A stretch of DNA of 64,000 nt from a virus. Shown one piece after another: positions 1 to 10,190 of this stretch; position 1 is the first letter of the stretch, and each line of letters starts with the position of its first letter. The translations under genes and the position numbers were made by a program. The notes beneath the pieces are model-generated. The model did no database searches and was not told the origin of the DNA. It saw only the letters and a list, made by a program, of their open reading frames with translations. Location of the stretch: the IMG/VR virus record IMGVR_UViG_3300042894_002308, positions 32,001-96,000 of that record. One strand, written 5' to 3'.

Positions 1-1755
1 TTTTGGTTTGAAACCAGGCAATAAACTGGCATTTAATGAGAAATCATTATTACTAGTTATATAACCAACCATGATCTGCATTGGATCAATTTTGGTTTTA
101 TCTACTAAGATATCTTTCAATCCCATTTTCTTTTGTTTGGGTTCTGTTGCTTCTACTACAGTTGTAAATTTCTTTAACTGTTCTGCTGCAGCAGGATTAT
201 ATCTTTGTATGTTGGATGCAGTCATTACATCTTTAGCCCGTTTGACATCTAATGTAGCATCATTTGAAATGCTATCAAAATAATCATCTGTCATCGGTAA
301 AATACCATTAACAGTTATAAGATGATTGGGTGCAGTCTCAGGAGGAACAATTCCATCACCACGTAACATAGTTTTTAATAGGTTTGATGATACATATTTT
401 TTAAGAGGATTATCTTTTTTACCTTTTAATAAATCGTATGCACCGTCTTCCCATGCTTTTTGATAATTGATCATAGATGCTAGAGGATTTAAATTTCCTT
501 CTTCATCTACTACAGTTCCTATTTGTTGTCCGGATGCATCTTTAATAGGAGTGTTTTGTAATTTTTTCAACATTTCAGGATCCTTGCGAATCTCTGACAT
601 GGCGTTATCGGGAACAAGCATTTGAGAGAACTGAGAAGCAATTTCACCAGTTTTTTGTAGAGTCTCAGAAATTCTTGGATCTGATGCTGTTAGATCAGGG
701 TTGCTTAAGGCTTGAGTCAAAGCGTTAGCCACAAAGCCTTTAAAGTTTTTATTTGATTGATTGAAATCGGTTGATGAAAAAGCTATTTCACCACCAGCAG
801 CAACCTTGAAACGGTACTCACCACAAGACATATCGGAAGCACCTTCAGAATTAACTGGCTTACCTGTTGTCTCAACGTTTGTTAAAAGAGTTTGTAGGCA
901 CTGATCACCAATCTGTGATAAGATTTTTCTGGCAGTAAAGAACGCAGTTCTGGTAAATTCTCTACCACCTGGAGCCAATGCAAGATATGTTTGCATTTCT
1001 TGTTCGCTTGCGCCTGCTTTAATCTTAGCAAGAAAAACAACTGCATTCAATACTTGTTGGTTGTAAGGAACTCCGCTTATGTCACTTAGACCGTATGCTA
1101 CAGTTAGTTTTTCATAAGTTAATTCATCAAAATCAGAATTAGGAGTGGGCTGACGCATCATCTGGAAATACTGATTACGCAGTTCAGGTGGCATTTGAAG
1201 CAACTGTTCTGGTGTCATCTGAGTCATGGTCTGGAACATTTGTTCCTTATCCATTTTCTTTGCTTTGGTTTTTTCAGACTTTTCAGTTTCTTCTGCTGAC
1301 TTTGGACTTACAGATTTTCTCTCTGAAGTTTCTTCTTTTTTCTTAGATCTTTCGTCTTTATCATCACTACCTTGTTTCACATTTCCAAATAATAATTTAG
1401 AAGCTCTGGTCTGTTCAAACCCCTTTTCTTGGGTAGCTCGCTTGGCTTCATCAACAGTCATGTCTTGTTTATTAAGTTTTTGGTGATATCCCTTGTTAAA
1501 GGAATCTTTAAAAATTAATTGTACATTTCCACTGTTTGTCTTTACTAAAATAACATCTTTAATAAGTTCTTGTGCAGGCTTCTTATCTCTTGGTATCTGT
1601 TTGGATCTTTCAATTTTTTTACGGGCTGCATCTTTAGCTTTATTGTCACCAGCACCAGCTTTTGCTGTTTCCAACTGTCCAGCCATAGCAGAACCATCAG
1701 CCTCATTAAGGATTGCGTGTTTGGCAATTTGATTTAAAAAAGTGTTAAAGTTCAT
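1..1755 (-). CDS. Large hypothetical protein, probable capsid-internal protein (runs off the left edge of the window)
   Basis: Not in the ORF track. Manual translation from ATG 1755 gives MNFNTFLNQIAKHAILNEADGS..., open to base 1. Late-promoter-like CCTAAATA at 1763-1770; L-N-E motif at residues 16-18 resembles a prohead-protease site. Confidence 0.75.
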   Translation of the reverse strand, partial: MNFNTFLNQIAKHAILNEADGSAMAGQLETAKAGAGDNKAKDAARKKIERSKQIPRDKKPAQELIKDVILVKTNSGNVQLIFKDSFNKGYHQKLNKQDMTVDEAKRATQEKGFEQTRASKLLFGNVKQGSDDKDERSKKKEETSERKSVSPKSAEETEKSEKTKAKKMDKEQMFQTMTQMTPEQLLQMPPELRNQYFQMMRQPTPNSDFDELTYEKLTVAYGLSDISGVPYNQQVLNAVVFLAKIKAGASEQEMQTYLALAPGGREFTRTAFFTARKILSQIGDQCLQTLLTNVETTGKPVNSEGASDMSCGEYRFKVAAGGEIAFSSTDFNQSNKNFKGFVANALTQALSNPDLTASDPRISETLQKTGEIASQFSQMLVPDNAMSEIRKDPEMLKKLQNTPIKDASGQQIGTVVDEEGNLNPLASMINYQKAWEDGAYDLLKGKKDNPLKKYVSSNLLKTMLRGDGIVPPETAPNHLITVNGILPMTDDYFDSISNDATLDVKRAKDVMTASNIQRYNPAAAEQLKKFTTVVEATEPKQKKMGLKDILVDKTKIDPMQIMVGYITSNNDFSLNASLLPGFKPK

Positions 1756-1761
1756 CTCAAA

Positions 1762-2364
1762 TTATTTAGGCTCCTGGGAATGCTTATATTTTTCTAAAGG
1801 ATTATAAACTTTTAAATTTTTATAAGTTTTAGCTTTGCCGTTTACCAGTTTTTTAAGAGCAGAATAGTCTAGATTGTTTTGCTTGGCAAACTGAGAAAGA
1901 TTGGGAATAGTCATAACTAAGTCAGTTGTAGTATCAACCAATATGTACAATTTTGTAGTCATTATGGTTTTGGCTTTTGGTTCTTCCAATTTTTCATGAG
2001 AACCAATTCCATCTTTTACTTCACGAATTTCGACTGCTGTCCAACCTTTGTAAGTCTTTCGTTTACCGTTTAACAGTTCACAAATCTTTACAGAAGTCAT
2101 GCCTTGACTTTCTGCAAATTGAGACATATCTTTAAAAAAAGTCTTTTCTCCAGTATCAACTCGTTTTAGCCAATACCCATTTTTTTCTGCAATTGGATTG
2201 GTCCATTTCCAATATCTTCCATTTCTAGTAAAAAAACCACCATGTGTGTCAATGAATTGACTTCTGTGTTTTATAGCCTTAGAATTATCATTCATCATCA
2301 CCCAAAGTTTTGTTCCTCTGGTATTGACAGTTTCTTCTAAAGTTTTTTCTTTATGAAATTCCAT
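1762..2364 (-). CDS. DNA-binding protein with two NUMOD1/IENR1-like HTH modules
   Basis: Two repeats, FKDMSQFAESQGMTSVKICELLNGKRKTYKGW and IPNLSQFAKQNNLDYSALKKLVNGKAKTYKNL. No GIY-YIG or HNH motif seen. Confidence 0.65.
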   Translation of the reverse strand: MEFHKEKTLEETVNTRGTKLWVMMNDNSKAIKHRSQFIDTHGGFFTRNGRYWKWTNPIAEKNGYWLKRVDTGEKTFFKDMSQFAESQGMTSVKICELLNGKRKTYKGWTAVEIREVKDGIGSHEKLEEPKAKTIMTTKLYILVDTTTDLVMTIPNLSQFAKQNNLDYSALKKLVNGKAKTYKNLKVYNPLEKYKHSQEPK

Positions 2365-3019
2365 TTAATTCCTTATATTCAGTTATCAAACTTTTTAAAT
2401 ATTTGACATATGAAATTGGGTTTCCTTGAAAAACTTGGCTTAATCCATCTTCACACGCAATTAATATAGCAAAATTATCTATAATAATTCCAGTTCTTTC
2501 TTGAAACATCAAAGAATACGCACATGCTTGGGCAAAATAGGTATCAATATCTTTTTCACGTTTTTCTTTTGTACTTGCTTTAAAATCTATAATTGATAAT
2601 TTACCATCATATTCTGCTATACAATCAGTTCTTCCAGCTAAACCAAGAGTCTTTGACCATAATGGGGTTTCTAATGCAATTATATTATTTATTTTATGTA
2701 ATTCTGGTTTCATCAATGAAAACAAACCTTTATAGCTAGAATGAAGATTGTCATAATCTATTTCTTCATTCTTTAAATATGATTCTATTATGCTATGGAA
2801 TTTGGTTCCTCGTGTTGTAACACGCATACTTTCCTCTGGATTTTTTGCTCTCCATCCAGCAAAGAATTGTTGTTTCTTAAAACCAACAACAGTTGTTACA
2901 GATGGAAAAATTCCCTCTGGAGTTTCGTACAGACGTTTTCCATCTGTTGAAACTTCTTTGAGGGAACCAAGGATTTCGATAGGTTTATGTACAAACGGTA
3001 TTGATGAATTTATTAACAT
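2351..3019 (-). CDS. PD-(D/E)xK (Cas4/RecB-like) exonuclease of T4-like phages
   Basis: Motifs PSVTTV, RGTKFH, LETPLWS..LAGRTDCIAEYDGKLSIIDFKAS and YFAQACAY. Start placed at ATG 3019. Confidence 0.85.
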   Translation of the reverse strand: MLINSSIPFVHKPIEILGSLKEVSTDGKRLYETPEGIFPSVTTVVGFKKQQFFAGWRAKNPEESMRVTTRGTKFHSIIESYLKNEEIDYDNLHSSYKGLFSLMKPELHKINNIIALETPLWSKTLGLAGRTDCIAEYDGKLSIIDFKASTKEKREKDIDTYFAQACAYSLMFQERTGIIIDNFAILIACEDGLSQVFQGNPISYVKYLKSLITEYKELNGIS

Positions 3020-3035
3020 ATATTTACACACTTTA

Positions 3036-3063
3036 ATTATAACAGCATATTTAAACTATGCAA
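3036..3063 (-). promoter_or_regulatory. sigma70-like early promoter TTGCAT-N16-TATAAT
   Basis: Intergenic, upstream of the exonuclease; same 16-nt spacer as the other early promoters. Confidence 0.6.
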
Positions 3064-3067
3064 TTAT

Positions 3068-4486
3068 TTATCGCATAACTTGTCGTCGTGCATATTTACC
3101 AACCAATTCTAAACCTAAGCCAAGATCAATTTCTTGTTTTCTACCTTGTTCTTCATAAGGTTTACTTTTAACATCCGAAGATCCAAACATAAAGAATGGT
3201 AAGGATTCTTTTGGTGTGGGTTCCTTTGGTAGAGGTGTCTTTGGGGGAGTTGGTGTTTTTGATGGTGGTGGTGGTGGAGCAGGGGGAACTGGACCTGGTG
3301 GTGGAGGTACCGGTGGTGTTGGAATTGGTAAAGGAATTGGTCGGGGAACTGGCACCGGTGCTGGAACAGGTGCTGGAGTTGGAGTCGGAGTAGGCGTTGG
3401 AGTCGGTGTTGGAGTCGGAGTCGGAGTCGGGGTAGGTGTTGGAGTAGGCGTTGGAGTAGGCGTTGGAGTCGGAGTTGGTGTTGGCGTTGGAGTCGGAGTT
3501 GGTGTTGGAGTCGGGGTAGGTGTTGGAGTAGGCGCGGGTGCTGGAGCAGGAGTTGATGCTGGTGTGGAGGCTGGAGCAGGAGTTGATGCTGGAGCTCGTT
3601 TAGTAGCTCGTTTAGGAGTTGAAGAAGGTGTTGGCTCTGGAGCACGAATTAGTTCAGGTGGAGGCTCTACCTTCACAACAGCTGGTTTTAATGAATCTAA
3701 ACTTGATTGATAATCCGCCCACTCTTCTGGTGTGAATACTCCTTCAGGTTTTTCTCCTTTAAAGTAAGAAGATGGTGTTGAATATGGTTTTCCACTAGAA
3801 CTATTTCTAACAATATCTTCGGCATTTTTAATAATTTGTTCTGCAGCATCATCAACTTTTTCCAAAGCTTGTTGTAGCTCTGGTTCTAATGAAACATTTT
3901 TTAACGCTGGATGTTCTTTTATTGTAGAACGAATAAGCTCTCTTAAATCTGATCCACTCGCAACACCTTCTTTAGAATAATCAAATGCTAATTTTTGAAC
4001 ATAATCTAAAAGTTGTTCTGCATATGCTTTTGCAGATTCTCCAGTAAATTTTGGAACCCAATCAGTTGGCGGTAAACCAATTTCATTTGGAAAGAATTTT
4101 GGTTTTGGAGCAGCAATTAATTCTGGTGTTACACCAAGTTTTGGTAATGTTTTTGCTGGCTCTGTTGATAATCCTATTTTTATTGCTTCGCCTGCTGTTT
4201 TTGCTTCTTTAGCAACTGCAGCCTCTTTAGCTAATTTTTCTGCTTCTGTTGCTATTTTAATTATTTCTCGACCACTACCTTCATTTAATGAATAATATTT
4301 TCTTTTTGGATATGATTCTTCACCCAACATAACACTATGTGTTTGTTTAATAACATTCTTTAAAATATTCTTACTTAATTCTTTTGAAATTCTAGATTCA
4401 AAATAACCGCTTTCTAATAACAATGCAATATATGCATTGGTTTGATAACGATATTCTAAAATTGAATGAAGAAAAGAACTTTTCAT
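3068..4486 (-). CDS. Putative capsid-internal/virion protein with (PT)n and Pro-rich C-terminus; paralog of 4495-5982
   Basis: N-terminus [15 protein letters not shown]...YSLNEG is shared with the neighbouring gene; CATAAATA at 4492-4499. Confidence 0.6.
   Translation of the reverse strand: MKSSFLHSILEYRYQTNAYIALLLESGYFESRISKELSKNILKNVIKQTHSVMLGEESYPKRKYYSLNEGSGREIIKIATEAEKLAKEAAVAKEAKTAGEAIKIGLSTEPAKTLPKLGVTPELIAAPKPKFFPNEIGLPPTDWVPKFTGESAKAYAEQLLDYVQKLAFDYSKEGVASGSDLRELIRSTIKEHPALKNVSLEPELQQALEKVDDAAEQIIKNAEDIVRNSSSGKPYSTPSSYFKGEKPEGVFTPEEWADYQSSLDSLKPAVVKVEPPPELIRAPEPTPSSTPKRATKRAPASTPAPASTPASTPAPAPAPTPTPTPTPTPTPTPTPTPTPTPTPTPTPTPTPTPTPTPTPTPTPTPTPTPTPAPVPAPVPVPRPIPLPIPTPPVPPPPGPVPPAPPPPPSKTPTPPKTPLPKEPTPKESLPFFMFGSSDVKSKPYEEQGRKQEIDLGLGLELVGKYARRQVMR
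3377..3532 (-). repeat. (Pro-Thr)26 coding repeat
   Basis: 156 nt of alternating CCN/ACN codons with mixed third positions. Confidence 0.95.
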
Positions 4487-4494
4487 ATTATTAT

Positions 4495-5982
4495 TTATGA
4501 GGCTGGTGGAACTGGAGGAGTCTTTAACAACTCATCTGCTCGTTGAAGAATTGTTTTTAAGTCTTCTCTATCTCTTGGTCGATTGCTTTTAGTCCAGTTT
4601 CTAGAAAACGCCGTTTGTTCTTCAGGAGTCATTTGTGAATAATCTTTTGCACGAGCAGATAATGAATCATCGTAAGTTTTATTTTTTGCAGCAGTTTCTG
4701 CATCTCGTTCTGCTGCACGGCGCGACATATATGCTTCAGTATCAGCAACTTTTTTGTTTTGTGCTTCTTTTGTTATTCTATCTAACTCAGCTTGTTTGGC
4801 TATTTCGGCTGCTTCTTTTTCTGCTTGGATTTTTGGTGCATTATAAGATTGCAAATCCATCATAAGTTTTTGACGTGCTGTTAATTCTTCTGGAGAGAAA
4901 AGCGTACTTTCTGCTTTTCTTCTGGCTAATTCATAATTTAAATCTGAAACCTTTTGTTTGACTTCATCATAATATGGTGAAAGTTCTTCAACTGTTTTTG
5001 AACCTTCTGAAGCTCTAGATGCAGCAGCTTTTTCAGCAGCAGATATTGTGCTTGATATTTCGGCTTCAGGCATTCCTATAGAGCCTGTCCAATCTATATT
5101 TGGTTGGGCTTCTTGTGCTCTTTTTCCTGTTTCGATGTCAAGTTTAAGACGTTTTCCTTCTTGTTTTAAAAATCCTTTAAGATCAAAAATATCTTCAGGA
5201 GCCATTCCGGTTTCTTTTGTAAGTTCCCCAGCAGTAGTCAAATCTTTAGTTGCTCCAGAGTAATCACGTAACATACTCGGATCAAAAGATCTTCCGGATT
5301 TTTGAGCATCCGCAGCTTGTTCGGCTGCTTTTATTATTTCTGGAGCCGCATTATTTACTCTTGTTAATTGTCCATATACAATTGGATCCGCTTTATCGAT
5401 TCCTTGAAATACAGGAAGATTTTGTATATTTTGTCGTACTAACTCAGCTAATTCATCTCCACGCTTTCCTTCTTGTGCTAGTTTTAATGCTTCATATTGA
5501 ACCCGATTCATTAAAACATTTGCACCAGCAGCTACATGTTTTGGAACTTCAGTAACTGCAGTTATACCATCTCCCACTGTTGGAAGATCAATGAATGATC
5601 TAATTGGTTGCTTTACAACAGCAGTAGATACAGCTTTCGCTGCTTCTCCCGCTTCTGCACCTAATTTTCCTACTTTGGTTGCTGCTTCAAGTTCTCTTGC
5701 AGTTCTAGCGGCTTCCATGGCTTTCATGGCTGCATCTACACCACGAGCAACTTTTCCGACTCCAGCTTGTTCATTTAGCTGATATTTCTTTACTAAAGAT
5801 TTGGGGTACGGTAATACACCCTCTGCAATTAAATTGGTGCTTTGTATTACTTGCTTAAGAATATCAGCACTGCAACTATTTGAAATTTCAGGGCTAAAAT
5901 AATTATTTTCATTTAACAAAGCAATGTATGCATTTGTCTTATAACGATAATTTAAAATGTGTTCTGTTATTGTATTATTCAT
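4495..5982 (-). CDS. Putative capsid-internal/virion protein with helical C-terminus; paralog of 3068-4486
   Basis: [15 protein letters not shown]...YQLNEQ; AATAAATA at 5997-6004. Confidence 0.6.
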   Translation of the reverse strand: MNNTITEHILNYRYKTNAYIALLNENNYFSPEISNSCSADILKQVIQSTNLIAEGVLPYPKSLVKKYQLNEQAGVGKVARGVDAAMKAMEAARTARELEAATKVGKLGAEAGEAAKAVSTAVVKQPIRSFIDLPTVGDGITAVTEVPKHVAAGANVLMNRVQYEALKLAQEGKRGDELAELVRQNIQNLPVFQGIDKADPIVYGQLTRVNNAAPEIIKAAEQAADAQKSGRSFDPSMLRDYSGATKDLTTAGELTKETGMAPEDIFDLKGFLKQEGKRLKLDIETGKRAQEAQPNIDWTGSIGMPEAEISSTISAAEKAAASRASEGSKTVEELSPYYDEVKQKVSDLNYELARRKAESTLFSPEELTARQKLMMDLQSYNAPKIQAEKEAAEIAKQAELDRITKEAQNKKVADTEAYMSRRAAERDAETAAKNKTYDDSLSARAKDYSQMTPEEQTAFSRNWTKSNRPRDREDLKTILQRADELLKTPPVPPAS

Positions 5983-6002
5983 GATATTCTACAAAGTATT
6001 TA

Positions 6003-8798
6003 TTATAATTTTGGAGCTCTTACAAATCCAGAGGATGGTTTATTTACCTTATCCCATGTAGTAGACTGCATTGGAGATGGAATCTCTGTAGCTAAATTTC
6101 TGTTTCTTTCTCTTTCTTTACGTGTGTGATATTCCAATTCAGCACTAGACGGGTATCTAGTTGGCTCTGGAGCATATTCTTGTTGAGTTGGCATACCTCT
6201 ACGCATACGATATTCTTTAGCTCTATCAGTTTCACTATCACCCACAACATAATTTACAATATCTTCCCCAGTTTCTGCATATGTTTTTGGTCTAGTTTTT
6301 CCCGTAACTTTGTCAGCAACTTCAAGACCTAACATTTGTGGAGTTTCAAAATCACGCAAAGCTTCTCCAGCTTTAAATCCACCATAAGCTACAACTGGAA
6401 CAAGAGCACCACCTATTGCACCAGATACTAATTGAGTTCCTAAACCTGATACTAAAGGAGCACCTCTCAAAGCATTCATATATACCTGTCCAGCACCAGA
6501 CATTGCTGACCAATCTGCAACACTTTGTATTTCTTTGCTTAAATTTGGTAATTCATTCATTTCAGTAGCTGGATCCATACCAATATAATCAGTACCTAGT
6601 TCTGCACCTCTACGAGCTAATTCACCAGCAACTAAAGGGACAACTAAGGCACCGCCTACTTGTAAAGCAGTTTTTCCAACAGTTGTTGCTGCTGGAATTG
6701 GATTTTTTACAGCATATTCAACAGCAGAAACACCTTTTTTTGCCATGTTTACTGCAGATTTTGCAGAATCTACAGGATTCATTACTGTATTGGCTACACC
6801 TTTGCCTATACTAGTAAATGTAGGAACTGGATTTGGATTACCAATTAAGTCTGTACGAAGTTCTTTTCCACTAAAAAAAGGAGGAGGAATTACAACTGCT
6901 TCGCCTACCATAGCCACTCTTGTGGTTTCTTTACGTTTTCTTTTACTTCTTCTAGATGTCTTTTTGCTATCTGATGTACCAAGATTTTTTAATATATCAT
7001 TAATTTTATCTTGTGTTGATTGTTGATCAGCAGCATCTTGGAAAGGTTTAATAATATCTTTTACATAATCTCCAGCAGGTTTTGATGTTGTTTCTTTTTT
7101 ATCAGGAAAATCAGAGAGATCCATTGGTTCATTCATTCCACCAGTGGATTCACTATCATCTTTTATATTATAATCTTCAGCATCTAGTTCAGTTTTTATA
7201 TCTGGATTAAACGGACTTGGAATTGTATATGAGTATGCTGGTGGTTCTGAAGGAGTTTTTGCTTGTGTATCCATCATCGGAGCAGATATATCACCATACA
7301 ACTTATCTTGTATAACATTTGGATTAGTTTGTGCTGTATTTAACTTCATTATTCTTTGTAATTCAGCTGCAACATTTTTTCCAGAAGCTCCAACAGATGT
7401 AACCAGATTATTAATAATATTGGATACTCCAACACCAGGAGGTTGTCTATAAGTAGAATCTACTTGACCTTCAGGATAAATTGGAGACTCTCCACGGTTA
7501 ACATCAGGATTTACTCCAGTTTCAGGATAGCGAACACCTGGAGAATTCAGTGATTGTTTTTTCATCCAATCAGATCCGCTTCTCATCATATCTTGAAGTG
7601 TATTTGTTGCAGTATCAGTAACAGAACGTTGAGCGTCTGATATACCTGTTCCAGGTTTGGATCGGTCTACATAAGGACTATATCTAATAGGATCAGCAGC
7701 TGTTCCACTTCCATACAAATTTTCATCATTATTATCTCTAAGTTGAACATCAAAATTTCCACCACCATCTCCTCGTATAGGTTCTTTAATTGTTCTAGAA
7801 CCATCTTTGTTTAGAGTATCACTAATTTGATCTATGTAGCCTTGTCTTTTTTCTTTTGTATCTGTAGCATTTTTCAAGGCAGCAGCTTTTTGTTCAGCAC
7901 CAACAATTCTTCTAGCTTCTGCTCTAATTTCTGCATCTCGTTTAGCTGCTTCCGCATCAATACGTTTTAATGCTGCAGCATCATCGGCATCCCATTGAGC
8001 TTTGCCTCGTGATTGTGATGTTGTATTGGCTATGGTACCATCTACAGTATCATACCTAGCCTGTGGAGTTCCAAATTGTGGAATATTGGCTGGTCTACGA
8101 CGCATGGTATGGTATGCAAGACTATCGTATGCAGGCCCCTGTCCTACACCAGCGGTTGGAGCAACATTTGATTCACCTGAAGAATTTAAATCAAAAAATA
8201 ATTGTCTGTGTTTTGCATTTCTTGCATCATAATCTTCACCAGTTGCCTTTTTAAAATCATCCTGAGTAACCCAGTACATTGGACTAATTCTTTTATTTGC
8301 ATTTACAGTAGTTAATGCTCTTTCTTGTCCTGCTGCTTTATCTTGTAGTTGTTGTTGATATGCATCTGGGTTTTCTCTACGAAATTTATCAAGTTTTTTT
8401 CTATCATCTATATCTTGTTTATCTCTAACTTTTATTCCCTGTGCTATATTTTCTTCTTTGGTGTGTTCTCTCCAATTCCAATCACCTGCTTTTTCATTTA
8501 AATTTTTTGGAGTATTAGCAAAAGCATTTCCATAGACATTACTACCATGTGCTGCACTATGTGAAGCCCCTAAATTCTTAGATTGTTCCATTGCACCAAT
8601 AGCATTATTAATAGTATTTGGAGAACTAATAGATGGATTAAACGAAGATGGTCTATACAACTCATTCTTGTTTAATACATTTTTTATGTTTTCAACCAAT
8701 GAAGGAGAATTTTTCTTTTCCTGTGGAACAGGATTTGGAGAATTCCCCATAAATTGCTTGACTTCCCAATAAAATTGTCTATCTTGTTTATTATCCAT
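6003..8798 (-). CDS. Large low-complexity protein, candidate ejection/internal protein with C-terminal Gly/Ala hydrophobic helices
   Basis: 931 aa; NLNEK near residue 100; hydrophobic segments VGGALVVPLVAG and LVSGAIGGALVPVVAYGG; late-promoter-like element upstream. Confidence 0.5.
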   Translation of the reverse strand: MDNKQDRQFYWEVKQFMGNSPNPVPQEKKNSPSLVENIKNVLNKNELYRPSSFNPSISSPNTINNAIGAMEQSKNLGASHSAAHGSNVYGNAFANTPKNLNEKAGDWNWREHTKEENIAQGIKVRDKQDIDDRKKLDKFRRENPDAYQQQLQDKAAGQERALTTVNANKRISPMYWVTQDDFKKATGEDYDARNAKHRQLFFDLNSSGESNVAPTAGVGQGPAYDSLAYHTMRRRPANIPQFGTPQARYDTVDGTIANTTSQSRGKAQWDADDAAALKRIDAEAAKRDAEIRAEARRIVGAEQKAAALKNATDTKEKRQGYIDQISDTLNKDGSRTIKEPIRGDGGGNFDVQLRDNNDENLYGSGTAADPIRYSPYVDRSKPGTGISDAQRSVTDTATNTLQDMMRSGSDWMKKQSLNSPGVRYPETGVNPDVNRGESPIYPEGQVDSTYRQPPGVGVSNIINNLVTSVGASGKNVAAELQRIMKLNTAQTNPNVIQDKLYGDISAPMMDTQAKTPSEPPAYSYTIPSPFNPDIKTELDAEDYNIKDDSESTGGMNEPMDLSDFPDKKETTSKPAGDYVKDIIKPFQDAADQQSTQDKINDILKNLGTSDSKKTSRRSKRKRKETTRVAMVGEAVVIPPPFFSGKELRTDLIGNPNPVPTFTSIGKGVANTVMNPVDSAKSAVNMAKKGVSAVEYAVKNPIPAATTVGKTALQVGGALVVPLVAGELARRGAELGTDYIGMDPATEMNELPNLSKEIQSVADWSAMSGAGQVYMNALRGAPLVSGLGTQLVSGAIGGALVPVVAYGGFKAGEALRDFETPQMLGLEVADKVTGKTRPKTYAETGEDIVNYVVGDSETDRAKEYRMRRGMPTQQEYAPEPTRYPSSAELEYHTRKERERNRNLATEIPSPMQSTTWDKVNKPSSGFVRAPKL

Positions 8799-8808
8799 GG
8801 TTATTAAA

Positions 8809-8828
8809 TATTTAGATTTACATAAATA
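8809..8828. promoter_or_regulatory. Back-to-back T4-type late promoters (TCTAAATA on minus 8809-8816; CATAAATA on plus 8821-8828)
   Basis: Variants of the gp55 consensus TATAAATA, each 10 nt from a divergent ATG. Confidence 0.6.
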
Positions 8829-8838
8829 CTTAAAGAAT

Positions 8839-9333
8839 ATGAAGAAACAAGTACTCTTGCTAAATCAAGACAATACTCCTCTTAATATTATTACTATTGG
8901 AAAAGCATACAAACTCATTGCCCGAGATAAAGTTTGGAGTGATGAAAGTAATGAATGTTTTGAAGTTGTCTCTATTTCCAAAATTATAAAGATTCCTAAA
9001 GTTTTAATTTTAAAATATTATGTAAAATTGCCTTATAGAAAGGCAGCTTCTTCTAGGCAAAATATTTTACGTAGAGATCAATTTTGTTGTCAATACTGTG
9101 GAGTTGCTTTAAATAACAAAGATGCAACAGTTGATCATATTATACCAAAATCAAAAGGTGGTGCATCATCTTGGGTAAATATGGTAGCAGCATGTAGATG
9201 CTGTAATTTGGCAAAAGGAAACAGAACCCTTAAAGAAGCCAAAATGGAATTAAAAATCAAACCAAAAGAACCTTCTTATGGATTCTTGTTTGAAGCCATG
9301 CTAATTACCTTTAGAAGGAAAAAAAATGCCTAA
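8839..9333 (+). CDS. HNH endonuclease (McrA/HNH_5-like)
   Basis: VLLLN...RQNILRRDQFCCQYCG...TVDHIIPKSKGG.SSWVNMVAACRCCN..KGN. Start placed at ATG 8839. Confidence 0.9.
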   Translation: MKKQVLLLNQDNTPLNIITIGKAYKLIARDKVWSDESNECFEVVSISKIIKIPKVLILKYYVKLPYRKAASSRQNILRRDQFCCQYCGVALNNKDATVDHIIPKSKGGASSWVNMVAACRCCNLAKGNRTLKEAKMELKIKPKEPSYGFLFEAMLITFRRKKNA

Positions 9334-9631
9334 TTATGCTTTTAAATGTGAAAATTGTGACCATACTTTTGATGAAATCTTAAATCTATCAGAGCGTAAT
9401 ACTCCTTTAGAGAAACCCTGCCCAAAGTGCAGTAAAAAGAAAATTATAAAGGATTGGCAAGCAAACACACCATCACTTGCAATGGATTCCACTCTGACAC
9501 CTTCAAAAGTAGTTGGAAGTCAATTTAAAGACGTAATTGACAAAATTAAGGGTAGCGGTCAAGTACCTAAGAGATTTCATGAAAAATTAGATAATAGTGC
9601 CAGAATGAATGCTGGACGTATTGTTCGCTAA
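9326..9631 (+). CDS. FmdB-family zinc-ribbon protein
   Basis: MPNYAFKCENCDHTF...PCPKC. Confidence 0.85.
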   Translation: MPNYAFKCENCDHTFDEILNLSERNTPLEKPCPKCSKKKIIKDWQANTPSLAMDSTLTPSKVVGSQFKDVIDKIKGSGQVPKRFHEKLDNSARMNAGRIVR

Positions 9632-10167
9632 TTTTTAGACTGAATCATTGCCTTTAAAATATAATAACTGTCGATAACATCCGTAACAGGATTACTCAAA
9701 GTTTTCTGATTAAAGACCGATAAAAGATTGGTTTTTGTTTCTATTGAGAAGGCTTCGTACATTGCCTGTTTGTCAGCGTTACCTTTGCCCGTAGCGCATT
9801 TCTTGACTCGGGATGGCTCAATGATGGTCACGGGAATGGCGAGCTTGTAGAGCTTATGCTTCAAGATTCCCATATTCTCCGCTAGATTGAATACTCGACC
9901 TTTAGAACCGAATGAATATCCTTCTACGGCTATATCTCCAGCCCCAATACAAAGATTGGAAGCCCATTGAGATATAGTGTCAAATCTATCAACATCCAGA
10001 ATATATTCCTGAAAAGATTCCCCAGTAATATTTGGGGCAATTTTATCAGCATACTTTTTGGTATTTGTCAAATAATAAAAGAAACAATTTTCAAACTTAA
10101 ATTCTCTACGTTCATCATAAAGACAAAGGCAGGGGCAGGTTATAGAGTAATCAATGCCGATTAACAT
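9628..10167 (-). CDS. RuvC-like (RNase H fold) Holliday-junction resolvase
   Basis: Motifs LIGIDYS, VEGYSFG, LAENMGILK, KKCATGKGNADK and DVIDSY. Confidence 0.8.
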   Translation of the reverse strand: MLIGIDYSITCPCLCLYDERREFKFENCFFYYLTNTKKYADKIAPNITGESFQEYILDVDRFDTISQWASNLCIGAGDIAVEGYSFGSKGRVFNLAENMGILKHKLYKLAIPVTIIEPSRVKKCATGKGNADKQAMYEAFSIETKTNLLSVFNQKTLSNPVTDVIDSYYILKAMIQSKN

Positions 10168-10190
10168 GTGGAACATATGTACTTATACCT

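Noticed and set aside
300-860. Degenerate PD-(D/E)xK nuclease fold in the first ORF (SDMSCGEYRFKV)
   Set aside because: The resemblance is too weak to support without a profile search.
3115-3710. (GV)n and Gln/Leu/His-rich ORFs
   Set aside because: Antisense and alternative-frame shadows of the (PT)n repeat.
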